64,000 bases of DNA from an uncultured delta proteobacterium. GTDB lineage: Bacteria > Myxococcota_A > Polyangia > Haliangiales > Haliangiaceae. Position 1 is the stretch's first letter. Each line of letters begins with the position of its first letter. The stretch is taken from assembly GCA_963848295.1 (NCBI GenBank), contig CAWKDB010000010.1, positions 4,416,001 through 4,480,000 of the forward strand. The letters are read 5' to 3'. Positions 1 through 14,063 of the stretch are shown here, piece by piece. Made by a program: the position numbers and the translations under genes. A model generated the notes under the pieces. That model did not search any database and was not told the origin of the DNA. It worked only from the letters and a program-made list of their open reading frames with translations.

Positions 1-278
1 CAAGGCGAAGGCCGAGATCCGCAGCGGCAAGCGCACGGGCTCGGTCACAGGCCCGCTCGAAGATGGCGAGGTCGAGACCGCGTGTCAGAGCGCGTGCCCG
101 ACCGAGGCGATCGTGTTCGGCGATCTCGAGGACGAGAACAGCCGCGTCTCGGTGCAGCACGCCAGACCGTCGCGCGTACGAGCTGCTGGGCTCCGAGGTC
201 TACACCAAGCCGCGAACGCGCTACCTCGCTCGCGTTCGCAACATCAGAACACCCGACGGGAGCCGGTGGAGCGGCCAA

Positions 279-282
<4 letters not shown>
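1..282 (+). CDS. actB: C-terminus of alternative complex III Fe-S subunit ActB (5' truncated, frameshifted)
   Basis: Frame from base 2 reads ...[29 protein letters not shown], then shifts to [24 protein letters not shown], typical of the ActB/NrfC-type C-terminus. The TGA at 280-282 overlaps the actC ATG. Confidence 0.85.
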
Positions 283-1672
<1,390 letters not shown>

Positions 1673-1673
1673 G

Positions 1674-2952
1674 ATGTCGACCGACCACGATCAGTACGAA
1701 GGGGCCCACGACGCGCCGACCGATCACGGCGAGGGCGAGCTCTACGGCGTCCTTGCCGAGTTCGACACGCCGGGCGAGCTGATGGAAGCCGCGCGTCGTG
1801 TTCGCGATGCGGGCTACACCGACTTCGACTGCTACAGCCCGTTCCCGGTCCACGGTATCGATTCCGCCATGGGGATCAAGCGGACGATGTTGCCGCTGGT
1901 CATCTTCGGCGGCGGCGCGGTCGGCACGATCAGTGGCTTGCTGCTGCAGTGGTACTGCAACGCCTACTCGTGGGGCTGGAACATCTCCGGTAAGCCGACG
2001 TGGTCGATTCCGGCGAACATCCCGATCGCCTACGAGCTGACGATCTTGCTCGCGGTGTTCTGCTCGTTCTTCGGCATGTGGATCGCGAACAAGCTGCCGC
2101 AGGTCTGGCACCCGCTGTTCCGCTCCGAGCGGTTCGGTACGAGTGACCGACGACGGCTTCTTCGTCGGTATCGAGGCGAAAGACCGGCGGTTCGACGCCG
2201 AGAAGACGAAGAAGCTGCTCGAAGATGCCGGCGCTATCGCGATCGACAACATCCATCTCGATCCCGATCCGGCACAGAAGCGGATGCCGAAGTGGATCAA
2301 GGCGCTGATCGTCGCGAGCACCGCGTTCGCGTTGATCCCGTTCGCGATCGCAGCGAAGGCGCGCAACTCGCATTCGAGCGAGCCCCACATCTACATCTTC
2401 CCCGACATGAACTGGCAGCCGAAGTACAAGTCCGACACGGAGATGGACATGTTCCCGGACGGACGTGCGAACCGCGGCCAGATCGAAGGCACGATCGCGC
2501 GCGGCTGGCTCGAGGACGATACGGTGCTCTACCAGGGCATCGAGAACGGCGCGTTCGCGACGGGCTTCCCGAAGCTGCATCGTGATGGCACGCCGTTCGT
2601 CATCGACGATCAGCTGCTCGCGCGCGGTCAGGCGCGGTTCAACATCTACTGCACGCCGTGCCACGGCTACGACGGCCAAGGCAAGGGCATGGTGCCGACG
2701 CGAGTCAGCGAGAGCGGCGGGACGTGGAGCGTGCGCAACCTGGTCGAGGCGCCGACGGCTGATGGCAAAGGCGGCGTCGCCGTCCAGATGCCGAACGGTC
2801 AGATGTTCTACACGATCACGCACGGCATGAACACGATGCAGGGCTATGCCGGCCAGATTCCCGCGGACGATCGATGGGCGATCGTCGCCTACGTCCGTGC
2901 TCTCGAACGCTCGCAGATGGCGTCGAACACCAACGCCGGCGACCAACCGTAG
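1674..2952 (+). CDS. actDE: Fused ActD (DUF3341)-ActE (monoheme cytochrome c), one frameshift near 2140
   Basis: N-part [35 protein letters not shown] is ActD-like. The ActD C-terminus ([12 protein letters not shown]) runs without a stop into a TM helix, DMNWQPKYK and the CTPCH heme motif with a distal Met (NTMQGY). Confidence 0.85.
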
Positions 2953-2969
2953 GTGGAAAGCGAACTCCT

Positions 2970-4299
2970 ATGAGCCAACTAGAGAAAACGCTCCACCCCG
3001 ACGAGAAGATCAAAGCCGGCAAGCTCGGCGGGAACATGGTGCGCGTCGGCATCGCGATCGCGGTCGTGTTCTTCGTGATCTCGTTCGTGCTCGCGATGAC
3101 GTCGAGCCCGAGCGGCGGCCACGACAGCAGGTGGGCGCGCTTCATGTACGCCTACGTCGTCGGCTGGACGTTCATCGTCTCGATTCCGATCGGCATGTTG
3201 TGGCTCGTGCTGCTCCATCACCTGGTCCGCGGTCGGTGGGCCACGGTCGTGCGGCGCATCGCCGAGGCGATGACCGGGTCGTTCGCGCTGATCTGGGTGG
3301 CAGGCCTGGGCTTCATCATCCCGCTCGTCGCGGGCAAGACCGATCTCTACTACTGGGCGTACGTCGGTCACGCGAAGGCGACCGACCCGCAGCTGTTCGG
3401 CCTGCTCGCTAAGCTCAACTCGACGCTGCCGCACAAGCTCGGCTGGCTCGACCCGACGTTCTTCGCGGCGCGCTACGTACTCTACGGCCTGATCTACATC
3501 GGCGTGGCGCACTACTTCGCGCGCAAGTCGCGGGAGCAAGACGACAGCGGCGATCCGAAGATCTCGGCGAAGCTGCGGTTGGCAGCGGGGCCGGGGATGA
3601 TCATCTACTCGCTGACGACCTGCGCGCTCGCGTTCGACGTCCTGATGTCGCTCTCGCCGAAGTGGTACTCGACGATCTACGGCGTCGGCTTCTGGGGCAG
3701 CGCCTGCATCGCCGGCTTCTCGATGCTCGCGCTGATCGTGCTGTGGATCCAGCGCACCGGTCGGCTCGTCCACTCGATCAACGAGGAGCACTACCACGAC
3801 ATCGGCAAGTGGATGTTCGCTTCACGTTCTTCTGGGCGTACACCGCGTTCTCGCAGTTCATGCTGCAGTGGTACGGAAACATGCCGGAGGAGACGGTCTG
3901 GTACAAGTACCGGATGTTCGGCGAGTGGCAATGGGTGAGCATCGCGATCCTCGTCGGGTTCTGGGCGTTCCCGTTCGTGTTCTTGATGTCGCGGTGGACC
4001 AAACGGATCGTGCCCTCGCTCGTGTTCTTCGCGGTGTGGCAGCTGCTGTTCCAGTGGCTCAACCTGTACTGGAACGTGATGCCGAACTTCGAGTGGACCC
4101 AGCATAACGGCGCTCAACGAGGGTCCGCTCATGGGGGACATCGCGACCCATCACGTCGGGTTCGCGCCGATCGACGTCACCGTGTGGATCGCGCTGATCG
4201 GCGTGCTGTTCATCGGCATCGGTCGCAATCTCAAGGGCAACCTCATCCCAGTGAAGGACCCGACGCTCGGGCTTGTCGCTGGCGCACGAGCAGTTGTAG
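2970..4299 (+). CDS. actF: Alternative complex III subunit ActF, frameshifts near 3820, 4110 and 4270
   Basis: Multi-TM protein with DVLMSLSPKWYSTIYG, HYHDIGKWMF, FWAYTAFSQFMLQWYGNMPEETVWY and LIPVKDP motifs, in the expected operon position. Confidence 0.88.
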
Positions 4300-4311
4300 G
4301 CGAGGAGCAAC

Positions 4312-4887
4312 ATGTCAGGCCCCAAGCGCAACCCGGACCGGCTCAACACGATCGGCGTCGTCGTCGTCGGTATCTGCACCGCAGTGCTGGTCTACGTGAC
4401 GATCGTCGCGCTCGAAGCGTTCTACGTGAGCGATAGCTCGGAGATCCAATCGCAGCAAGACTACGGCGGCCAAGAGCGCGAGGAGATCGGCCACAAGGCC
4501 GACGAGATCCAGCACCTCTCGGATACCGGCCCGAACGCGAATGGCACGTTTCACATCCCGATCGAGATCGCGCTCAAGCAGATCGCCGCGGTCGCGAAGT
4601 CGCCGGGCGCGGACCTCACGCACCTGGCCTCGCCGATCTTCCCGTCGACGAAGGCGACGCGCAACATCGACGGCTCGGACCTCAAGGCAGCGACCCCGCC
4701 CGCGCCGAGTAGCGGCGCTCCGCCGACCGACGGCAGCGCAGCGGGCAGCGGTAGTGCATCGCCCCCGCCGATGGTCCCGACGGGCACCGGAGCGGGGACT
4801 CCGAAGGCGCCCGGCGCAGGTGTTCCAGCGGCGGCGACTCCGGCCGGTGCCGGATCGGCCGCCCCTAAACGGAGACCGTCACCATGA
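4312..4887 (+). CDS. Single-TM membrane protein with Pro/Ala/Gly-rich tail (possible ActG-like subunit)
   Basis: GAGGAG SD upstream, N-terminal TM helix, IPIEIALKQI segment. Lies between actF and SCO. Confidence 0.6.
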   Translation: MSGPKRNPDRLNTIGVVVVGICTAVLVYVTIVALEAFYVSDSSEIQSQQDYGGQEREEIGHKADEIQHLSDTGPNANGTFHIPIEIALKQIAAVAKSPGADLTHLASPIFPSTKATRNIDGSDLKAATPPAPSSGAPPTDGSAAGSGSASPPPMVPTGTGAGTPKAPGAGVPAAATPAGAGSAAPKRRPSP

Positions 4888-4953
4888 GGAGCCGGCCGTA
4901 CTTTCCTTGGCACGGACAGCCGATCGATCGGCTCGGCGCGGGACCGAAGGGCC

Positions 4954-5898
4954 ATGCGTCATAGCCGGCGCTGGTTCGTCGCCGCGACCCTGCTCGTCGC
5001 GGCCGCACCGCTGCTCGCGCGCGCGGATAGCGGCTCTGCGTCCGATGACGACAGCATCGCGGCGCCGCCGCCGACGTATCACGCGAGCAAGGTCACGGTC
5101 GACGAGAAGCTCGGTGCGATCGTCCCGCGCGACGTCGCGTTCGTGACGTCAGAGGGCAAGAGCGTCTCGCTCGGCTCGGTGCTGTCCGGCGACATGCCGA
5201 CGATCCTCACGTTCAACTACTCCGACTGTCCGCAGCTGTGCAGCTTGCAACTCAACGGGCTGATGACGTCGCTGCCGCTCGTCGCGGTCAAAGCACCGCC
5301 ACCGCCCGGCGGCACCGACGAGGGCGACGTCGGCTTTCAGATCGGCGCCCAGTTTCGGATCGTCACGATCGATCTCGAGCCGCACGAGCCGCTCAAGAAG
5401 CTCGCCGCGATGAAGGCGCGTTACGTCGATCGCCTGCCCGAGGCGTCCCGCAAGCTCGCCGGCACCGGCTGGACGTTCTTGTCGGCCGACGGCGACGAAG
5501 CGGCAATTCGTCGCGTCGCCGATGCGGTCGGCTTCCGCTACACGTACATCAAGGAGCGCGCCGAGTGGGCTCACCCGGCCGCGCTGATCTTTCTCGACAC
5601 CCAGGGCGCGGTAACTCGCTACGTGTACGGCATCCAGTACGACACCGCGGTCATGCGCGAATCGATCTTCAAGGCCGGTCTCGCCGAAGCGTCGACCGCG
5701 GTCGGGTTCATGAATCGCTGCTACCACTTCGATGCCGACGCGAACAGCCATACCCGCGCCGGCGTGCTCGCGCTGCGGATCGGCGCCGTGGCCGTCCTCG
5801 TGCTGCTCATCGCGGCGCTCGGGTTCGGTCGCGCCATGAAGAAACATCGTCTGGCGTCGAGGCCACCGGGTTCCCAACCCGGGGAGGTTCGGTCATGA
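4954..5898 (+). CDS. SCO/SenC-family copper chaperone
   Basis: Signal peptide, YSDCPQLC (CxxxC), AEWAHPAA His ligand, C-terminal TM. Immediately precedes coxB. Confidence 0.9.
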   Translation: MRHSRRWFVAATLLVAAAPLLARADSGSASDDDSIAAPPPTYHASKVTVDEKLGAIVPRDVAFVTSEGKSVSLGSVLSGDMPTILTFNYSDCPQLCSLQLNGLMTSLPLVAVKAPPPPGGTDEGDVGFQIGAQFRIVTIDLEPHEPLKKLAAMKARYVDRLPEASRKLAGTGWTFLSADGDEAAIRRVADAVGFRYTYIKERAEWAHPAALIFLDTQGAVTRYVYGIQYDTAVMRESIFKAGLAEASTAVGFMNRCYHFDADANSHTRAGVLALRIGAVAVLVLLIAALGFGRAMKKHRLASRPPGSQPGEVRS

Positions 5899-7201
5899 AA
5901 GCTGTCGTACGTCGCCTTCTATGGATCGCTCCTATCGCTGTCGCGGTCGCGCTCGTCGCGACGGCATACGCGCAACCCGCTGCGAGCACAGCGGGCTCGG
6001 CGGAGAGCGGCTCGGGCTCGGCGGTCGCAGCGGGCTCGGCGGAGACGCGGCTCGGGCTCGGCGGTCGCAGCGGGCTCGGGCTCGGCGGAGAGCGGCTCGG
6101 GCTCGGCGGTCGCAGCGGGCTCGGGCTCGGCGGCGCCGGCTGCCAAGGCGAAGGGGCCGGTCGGGCCCGCCTGGTACGACGTCGAAGCGAATCGCCCGGT
6201 CGACGAGTACGGCACGTTCTGGATGCCGAAGGCCGTGAACAACGAGGCCGACGAATCGGACATGATGTTCTACGCGGTCCTCGCGCTGTCGGTGTTCTTC
6301 TTCTTCGCGATCGCCGCGCTCGTCGATCTACTTCACGTGGAAGTACCGCCATCGTCCGGGCCACAAGGCGGAGCCGTCGGCCGTCGCACCACGACGTCCT
6401 GGAGATCACCTGGACCGTGATCCCGACGATCATCGTCGTGTTCTTGTTCTACTACGGCTGGCGCTCGTACATCCGCGTGGTCACGCCCCCGACCAAGGCG
6501 GTCGAGATCAACGTCGTCGCGCAGCAATGGTCGTGGAACTTCACGCACTCGAACGGCGTGACCGACGGCGATCTCCACGTGCCGGTGAACACGCCGGTGC
6601 GCCTCGTGATGACGTCCAAGGACGTGCTGCATAGCTTCTACGTTCCGGTGATGCGCGTCAAGCAGGACATCATCCCGCGCCGCTACACGTACGCGTGGTT
6701 CTACGCGACCGGCCGGGCACGTACCGGCTCAACTGCGCCGAGTATTGCGGCAAAGACCACTCGCAGATGGGCTGCACGAAGGAAGCGGACGACGGCAACT
6801 GTATCGGCCGTCGCGCGGTCGTCGTCGTCGACGAAGCCCGGCGACTACGAGCGCTACCTCGAACGACAAGCAAGCCGAGTCGAGCAACCTGCCACCGGCC
6901 GAGCTCGGCGCGAAGATGTACGAGAAGAAGGGCTGCAACGCCTGCCACACCGTCGATGGCACGGACCGCGTCGGTCCGTCGTGGAAGATGCCGGGGACCT
7001 GGGGCAAGCCGTTCCAGTTGTCCGACGGCTCGACCATCACGATGGACGAGAACTACATCAAGCGAATCGATCCTCAATCCCAACGCGAAAGCGCGTCAGG
7101 GCTTCGGCGGCAAGATCGGCCAGATGCCTTCGTTCGAAGGCCAGCTCAAAGACAAAGAGGTCTTCGGCCTTGTCGCTTACATCAAGTCGCTGAGGCAGTG
7201 A
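5895..7201 (+). CDS. coxB: Cytochrome c oxidase subunit II with C-terminal cytochrome c (caa3 type), many frameshifts
   Basis: [25 protein letters not shown], CuA motif [12 protein letters not shown], heme motif CNACH and QMPSF across several frames. Confidence 0.9.
5990..6135 (+). repeat. Imperfect tandem repeats (GGCTCG-rich) encoding a Gly/Ser/Ala linker at the CoxB N-terminus
   Basis: Recurrent gcgggctcgg(gctcgg)cggagagcggctcgggctcggcggtcgca blocks. Confidence 0.75.
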
Positions 7202-7203
7202 GG

Positions 7204-9110
<1,907 letters not shown>

Positions 9111-9114
<4 letters not shown>

Positions 9115-10362
9115 GCCCGACGCAACAGGCACACGAGGCGCACGATGACCACGAGCACCACGGCTCGCGGTTCATCCAGCATCACTACGACGACGCGCAG
9201 CACCAGTTCGACTCCGGCAAGCTAGGAATCTGGCTGTTCCTGGCGCAGGAAGTGCTGTTCTTCTCGGCGCTGTTCGTCGCCTACATCGCTGTACCGATCG
9301 CACCACCCGGAGATCTACAGCTACGGGCACAAGTGGTTGCAGGTGAAGTTCGGCGCGATCAACACCGCCGTGCTGATCTTCTCGAGCCTCACCGCGGCGT
9401 GGGCGGTCCGCGCCGCTCAGCTCGCACAGCCGAAGCGCCTGATCCTGTGCCTGGCGACGACGATCCTGTGCGCGTGCGTGTTCCTCGGTATCAAGTACCT
9501 CGAGTACAGCCACAAGTATCACGAGCGCATTCTGTTCGGCCGGTACTTCGACCCGTGCGTCAGCCCGGGCGGCAGGGATCTGCTGACGAAGAAGAACGAG
9601 TGCGAGGGCGTCAAGTCGACGATCGACTGGGATGCCAAAGCCGAGCAGGCGAAGTCCGGGTGTTTCAACAGCGACAAGATCGATCAAGATCCGCACGAGC
9701 CGGGCTTGCAGGCCGACTGCAAGGTGATCGAAACGATCGGCGCGAACAAGCGCACGATCGCCGACCGATGCCCCGAAGAGACGATCGGCGAGGGCGATGG
9801 CTCAGCACCGATCGTGAAGAAGTTCCCGTGCTGGCGGGCGGCATATCAGCCCGCGGTGTGTCCCGATCTGATCGACGGTCCGAGCGATCAGACCGAAGGA
9901 GCGCGGCGCGAGATGGGCTATCCGTCGCACCACCAGGTCGGCGTGATGGTCGAGTACGGCGATCACGAGGAGCGCGGCGACGACGTCAAGATCACCGCGA
10001 CCTGCACCGCCGCGCCGAAGCCAGCGGTCGCCGGTCACGAGGTCGAGAAGCCGGACCTCCTCGGTCAAAAGACGATCCGACCGATCCATCACTTGACGAC
10101 GGAGGAGGAGTACGAGCTCGAGTCGATGGGCCCGCCGCCCGAGCACACGAGCATGTTCCTCACGATCTACTTCGCGATGACCGGTCTGCATGGCATCCAC
10201 GTGCTGTTCGGCATCGGCGTCTTCACGTGGTTGCTGATCCGCGCGCTCAAGGGTCATTTCACACCCGATTACTTCGGTCCGATCGATTACGCGGCGCTGT
10301 ACTGGCACATCGTCGACTTGATCTGGATCTTCCTGTTCCCGCTGCTCTACCTCATCCACTGA
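9111..10362 (+). CDS. coxC: Cytochrome c oxidase subunit III with a large Cys-rich insertion, frameshift near 9290
   Basis: [55 protein letters not shown] and [18 protein letters not shown] motifs. Confidence 0.9.
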
Positions 10363-10369
10363 GGAGCTC

Positions 10370-10750
10370 ATGTCGGCCATCGAACATCACGACGACGACC
10401 ACGGGCTTGCGCACGTCGCTTCGATCAAGGTGCTGGTCGCGACCGGCAGCACGCTGCTCATGCTGACCCTGGCCACCGTGCTCGCGACCAGGCTCGACTT
10501 TGGCGCGAACATCAACCTCGGCATCGCGATGCTCATCGCCGTTGTCAAGGCGAGCCTGGTCATTCTGTTCTTCATGCACCTCAAGTACGACAAGCTGTTT
10601 CACACCGTGGTATTCGTGAGTGCCTTGCTAGCTGCTTGCCTCTTCGTGGGGTTCACCCTCATGGACAGCTCGCAGTACCAAGAGACCAACATCTGGCAAC
10701 CGGATAACCCGCCAACGGCGCCGTACGGCCCGCGGCCCACTTCAGGATAG
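10370..10750 (+). CDS. coxD: Cytochrome c oxidase subunit IV family protein
   Basis: Three TM helices with [19 protein letters not shown] motif; GAGGAG SD. Confidence 0.88.
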   Translation: MSAIEHHDDDHGLAHVASIKVLVATGSTLLMLTLATVLATRLDFGANINLGIAMLIAVVKASLVILFFMHLKYDKLFHTVVFVSALLAACLFVGFTLMDSSQYQETNIWQPDNPPTAPYGPRPTSG

Positions 10751-10757
10751 GAGCCCC

Positions 10758-11528
10758 GTGGAATTTCCGTCGGCAGCAAAGCTACTCAGCGGCGACACCG
10801 CGATCCCGATCGCGGTCGCGTTCGTCGTGCTCTCGTACCTGGTCTTGACCGTCGACAAGCTGCGTGCGACGAGCACGAGCAAGGACGACACCCAGATCGG
10901 GCTCAAGCTCGTGCTGTTCGGCGTCCTGTTCGGCGGCGTGCTGTTTGCGAGCGGCGGTGCGATCAAGCTGGTGTCCTACGTGCTCAGCCCGTTCAAGGGT
11001 GGCGCCGCGCCGATCAAGGCGCTGCTGCCGGACCTGCTCGTCGGCGCCGCGGTCGTGTTCGGGGTCAGCATGCTGCTGCTGCCGCGCACGAATACGGCGA
11101 CCGCGAAGCAGCCCGAGCGGTTCTTCCTCGGTGGTCTCGCGCTCGGGTTCCTGGTCGCCGCGATGGGCGCGCTCGATGGCGTGCTCGATGGTCTGATCAA
11201 CGATAGGGGTTGGGGCTCGACATCGGGGGCGCTCGCAGGACTCGCGGTCAGCGGTGCGATCGGCTTGATCGCGCTGACCCGGTTCGGCTCGCTGTCCGGC
11301 TGGACGATGCCACCGCCGCGCCCCGTCGCTCCGCAGATGCCGCCGCAACAAGGCGGCGGCTATCCTCCGCAAGGTGGCGGCTATCCTCCGCAAGGTGGCG
11401 GCTATCCTCCGCAAGGTGGCGGCTATCCTCCGCAAGGTGGCGGCTATCCTCCGCAAGGCGGTGGCGGCTATCCTCCGCAAGGCGGCGGCTATCCTCCGCA
11501 AGGCGGCGGCGGTTACCCGCCGCGATAG
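10758..11528 (+). CDS. Multi-pass membrane protein with C-terminal (GGGYPPQ)n tail
   Basis: AGGAG SD, GTG start, about 6 hydrophobic segments, 8 YPP repeats. Confidence 0.75.
   Translation: MEFPSAAKLLSGDTAIPIAVAFVVLSYLVLTVDKLRATSTSKDDTQIGLKLVLFGVLFGGVLFASGGAIKLVSYVLSPFKGGAAPIKALLPDLLVGAAVVFGVSMLLLPRTNTATAKQPERFFLGGLALGFLVAAMGALDGVLDGLINDRGWGSTSGALAGLAVSGAIGLIALTRFGSLSGWTMPPPRPVAPQMPPQQGGGYPPQGGGYPPQGGGYPPQGGGYPPQGGGYPPQGGGGYPPQGGGYPPQGGGGYPPR
11352..11522 (+). repeat. 21-bp tandem repeat (ggYggcggctatcctccgcaa), about 8 copies, encoding GGGYPPQ
   Basis: Directly visible in sequence. Confidence 0.95.
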
Positions 11529-11558
11529 GTCGCCGGCTCTCGATCCCGCCAAAGGGAT

Positions 11559-12266
11559 TCAGTCAGCGAGCTGGTCACTGATCGCGTCCGCGATCGCGGC
11601 CGCAAGCCCGGCCTGCACGGCGGGATCGACGAGCTCGCGGCCCTCGATCGGATGGTCGATGAAGCCGACCTCGACGAGGACCGCCGGCATGGTCGCGCCG
11701 AGCAGCACGTGATGAGCTTCCTGGCGCACTCCGCGGTCGCCCTCCCGACCGCGGTGATCGCGCAGTCCGCGCTGGATCCGCGCCGCGAGGTCGGCGGCCT
11801 CCCACTGCGAGGCCCCGCGCTCGACATCGTCGAGCACGAGCGCGGTGTCGGGGTCGACGTTCGGCCGCGGCGTGGTGGCGTCGGACCGCAACGCGCGACC
11901 GTCGATGTCGATGCCGCGCGGGGTCAGCACGTAGGTCTCGAACCCGCGCTGCGTGCGAGTCGGGGACGCATTCGCATGAATGCTGACGAACAAGTCGGCG
12001 GGGATCCGATTCGCGACCTCGACGCGTTGCCGCAGCGTCAGCGTTCGATCGTCGTCGCGGGTGAGCGCGACCTCGACGCCACGCGCGCGCAGGTTCGCGG
12101 CGACCAGCCGCGCGAGCTCGAGCGTCAGCTGCTTCTCGCGGACGCCGGCGACCGCGCCTCGAGCGCCGAGGTTCGATCCACCGTGGCCGGGATCGAGCAC
12201 GACTCGCGGCTTCGCGGCGGCCGTTCCGGCGAGGAGCATCAAGCACAGCGGTGTCGCCAGTTTCAC
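11559..12266 (-). CDS. N-acetylmuramoyl-L-alanine amidase (Amidase_3, AmiC-like)
   Basis: Signal peptide; [23 protein letters not shown] and [10 protein letters not shown] zinc-amidase motifs. Confidence 0.92.
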   Translation of the reverse strand: MKLATPLCLMLLAGTAAAKPRVVLDPGHGGSNLGARGAVAGVREKQLTLELARLVAANLRARGVEVALTRDDDRTLTLRQRVEVANRIPADLFVSIHANASPTRTQRGFETYVLTPRGIDIDGRALRSDATTPRPNVDPDTALVLDDVERGASQWEAADLAARIQRGLRDHRGREGDRGVRQEAHHVLLGATMPAVLVEVGFIDHPIEGRELVDPAVQAGLAAAIADAISDQLAD

Positions 12267-12316
12267 TACATGTAGGATCTCGCGGGTCGGCGCGGCGTCC
12301 CAGTTTTCAGCCCTGC

Positions 12317-12345
12317 TTGACGCAACCCCGCTATACAGCTACGTT
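12317..12345 (+). promoter_or_regulatory. sigma70-type promoter
   Basis: TTGACG-N17-TACGTT in an AT-richer intergenic stretch upstream of the 12354 ORF. Confidence 0.55.
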
Positions 12346-12353
12346 TTTCAAAA

Positions 12354-14063
12354 TTGTCGAGGCGCGAGGCCCACGTTCGAGACTCCAGTGGACTGCCGGT
12401 TGGCGAGCTGACCACGAATCGGTTCGCGGTCGTCGCGTTGCTCGTGGCGGCGGCGCTCGAGATCGTCCTCAACCGCATCGCGATCGGATCGAAGGCCGAC
12501 CCCGGGCTCGCGCAAGCGCTGCTGCCGACAACAGGGATGCCGCCGTTCTGGTACAGGGCGGTGAGCTACGTCGGATTGTTCCTGTTCTATTTCGTCGGCA
12601 CGCTCGCCGTGGGCCTGATCGCCGCTCGGTGTGTCGCCGCGTTTCGCCGCCGGCGCGATCGCCGCGAGCTCGTCGCCCACGGCGCGCTTGCAGCGGCTGC
12701 GGCGCTCGCTGCGCTCCCCCTCGTGGTCGCGACCCCAGAATGGTTGACGCTGCCGCTCGAGTACGCGTTTGCGACTGCGGTGATCGCGATGGTCGTCAGC
12801 GCATTCGGTCGCGACCGCGATCGCGGAGTCCAGATCGGCTCGGTGATCGTCGCGATCCCACTGTTGCTGCACACGCTGTTCGTCGTCGGCGGGCATTGGC
12901 TCTGGGACGATTCGATGTTCGACGGCCCGGGGGTCGCGCTCACGAAGGCCGGCCCGATCGCGATCGCGCTCGTCGCGCTCGCGTCGCCGTACGTGTTGTC
13001 GGCCCGGCCGTTCGCGCGCGCCGTCGTCAAGATCGCGCCGATCGTCATCGCGATGTCGATCGCCGCATGTGGGGCGCTGCTCGCGCGGCTGTGGTACCCG
13101 CAATTCGCCCGCGCTGCGAACCTCGCGATCGGTGTCACGCTCGATCCCGCGCAGGCGGATCCGCGCCTCGCGATCGACATGCTCGCGATCGCGACGTTGG
13201 CATGGACCCTCGCGTCGTGCGCGACGTCGTCGAGCCAAGCCCGTCGCACGATCGGGGCCGGGCTCGCGTTCGTCGTGCTCGGTGGCTACGGGTTTCGTTG
13301 GGCGAGCTACGACTTGCTCGCGTTGTTAGGCTTCGCGCTGATCGCGGATGGGGCACGGCGGGTGCGCGACGAAGAGCTCGAAGCGCTGCCGCTCGCGAGC
13401 GATACCCCCGCGATCGCCGACACTGCGTGGTCGACGTACGTCACCGCGGTCACGGCCGGGTTGCGCGGCGTCCTGCAAGACGTCCATTCGCTGACGACGC
13501 GTGGCGAGGGTGGGATGACGAGCTCGGTGATCGTCGGCGACGTCGACAAGCTGACCGTCACGACACGGATCGAGCGAATCGAAGGCAGCGTGATCGCGCT
13601 CGATGTCGTGCTCGGTCGAGAGATCGACGAGGTCCGCGGCGCGACCCTGACGCTCTGGGCGATCCCGCCGCGAGGTCGCGGCGCGAACCCAGCGGGCCCG
13701 CCGGCAGCTCCGTTGTTCAAGACCGGCGACCTCAGCTTCGACGATCGATTCAAGGTCCGCGGCAACGCACTGGCGTTCGCCAAGCTGTTCGACGCCGGGC
13801 TGCGCGAACGCGCGGAGGCCACGCTCGATGGCTGGCTCGCGTTCTGGGAGCCCGAGGGCCTGCGGTTTCGCGTCTACCCCGGGCGCGGCGCCCAGCTCGA
13901 TCACCCGATTCCGCTTTCGGATCTCGCGCTCGGTCGACCGGCCACGGCGGACCGCCTCGTCGCCGTGGTCACGCTACTCGTCGACATCGCGAAGCGCGGC
14001 GTGGTCGCATCGTCGGTCCCGGAGCCGCTGGCACTCGACGCGCTGGCCGAGGAGGCGCCGTGA
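12354..14063 (+). CDS. Hypothetical polytopic membrane protein with C-terminal soluble domain (start uncertain)
   Basis: About 10 hydrophobic segments followed by a ~220-aa globular region; stop overlaps the next GTG. Confidence 0.75.
   Translation: MSRREAHVRDSSGLPVGELTTNRFAVVALLVAAALEIVLNRIAIGSKADPGLAQALLPTTGMPPFWYRAVSYVGLFLFYFVGTLAVGLIAARCVAAFRRRRDRRELVAHGALAAAAALAALPLVVATPEWLTLPLEYAFATAVIAMVVSAFGRDRDRGVQIGSVIVAIPLLLHTLFVVGGHWLWDDSMFDGPGVALTKAGPIAIALVALASPYVLSARPFARAVVKIAPIVIAMSIAACGALLARLWYPQFARAANLAIGVTLDPAQADPRLAIDMLAIATLAWTLASCATSSSQARRTIGAGLAFVVLGGYGFRWASYDLLALLGFALIADGARRVRDEELEALPLASDTPAIADTAWSTYVTAVTAGLRGVLQDVHSLTTRGEGGMTSSVIVGDVDKLTVTTRIERIEGSVIALDVVLGREIDEVRGATLTLWAIPPRGRGANPAGPPAAPLFKTGDLSFDDRFKVRGNALAFAKLFDAGLRERAEATLDGWLAFWEPEGLRFRVYPGRGAQLDHPIPLSDLALGRPATADRLVAVVTLLVDIAKRGVVASSVPEPLALDALAEEAP

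Noticed and set aside
4908..4924. sigma54 promoter upstream of SCO (TGGCACG)
   Set aside because: No GC at the -12 position.
12251..14059. 1090-aa ORF as a single protein
   Set aside because: The N-terminal part is an Arg-rich shadow frame over the 12354-14063 gene; the real peptidase starts at GTG 14060.
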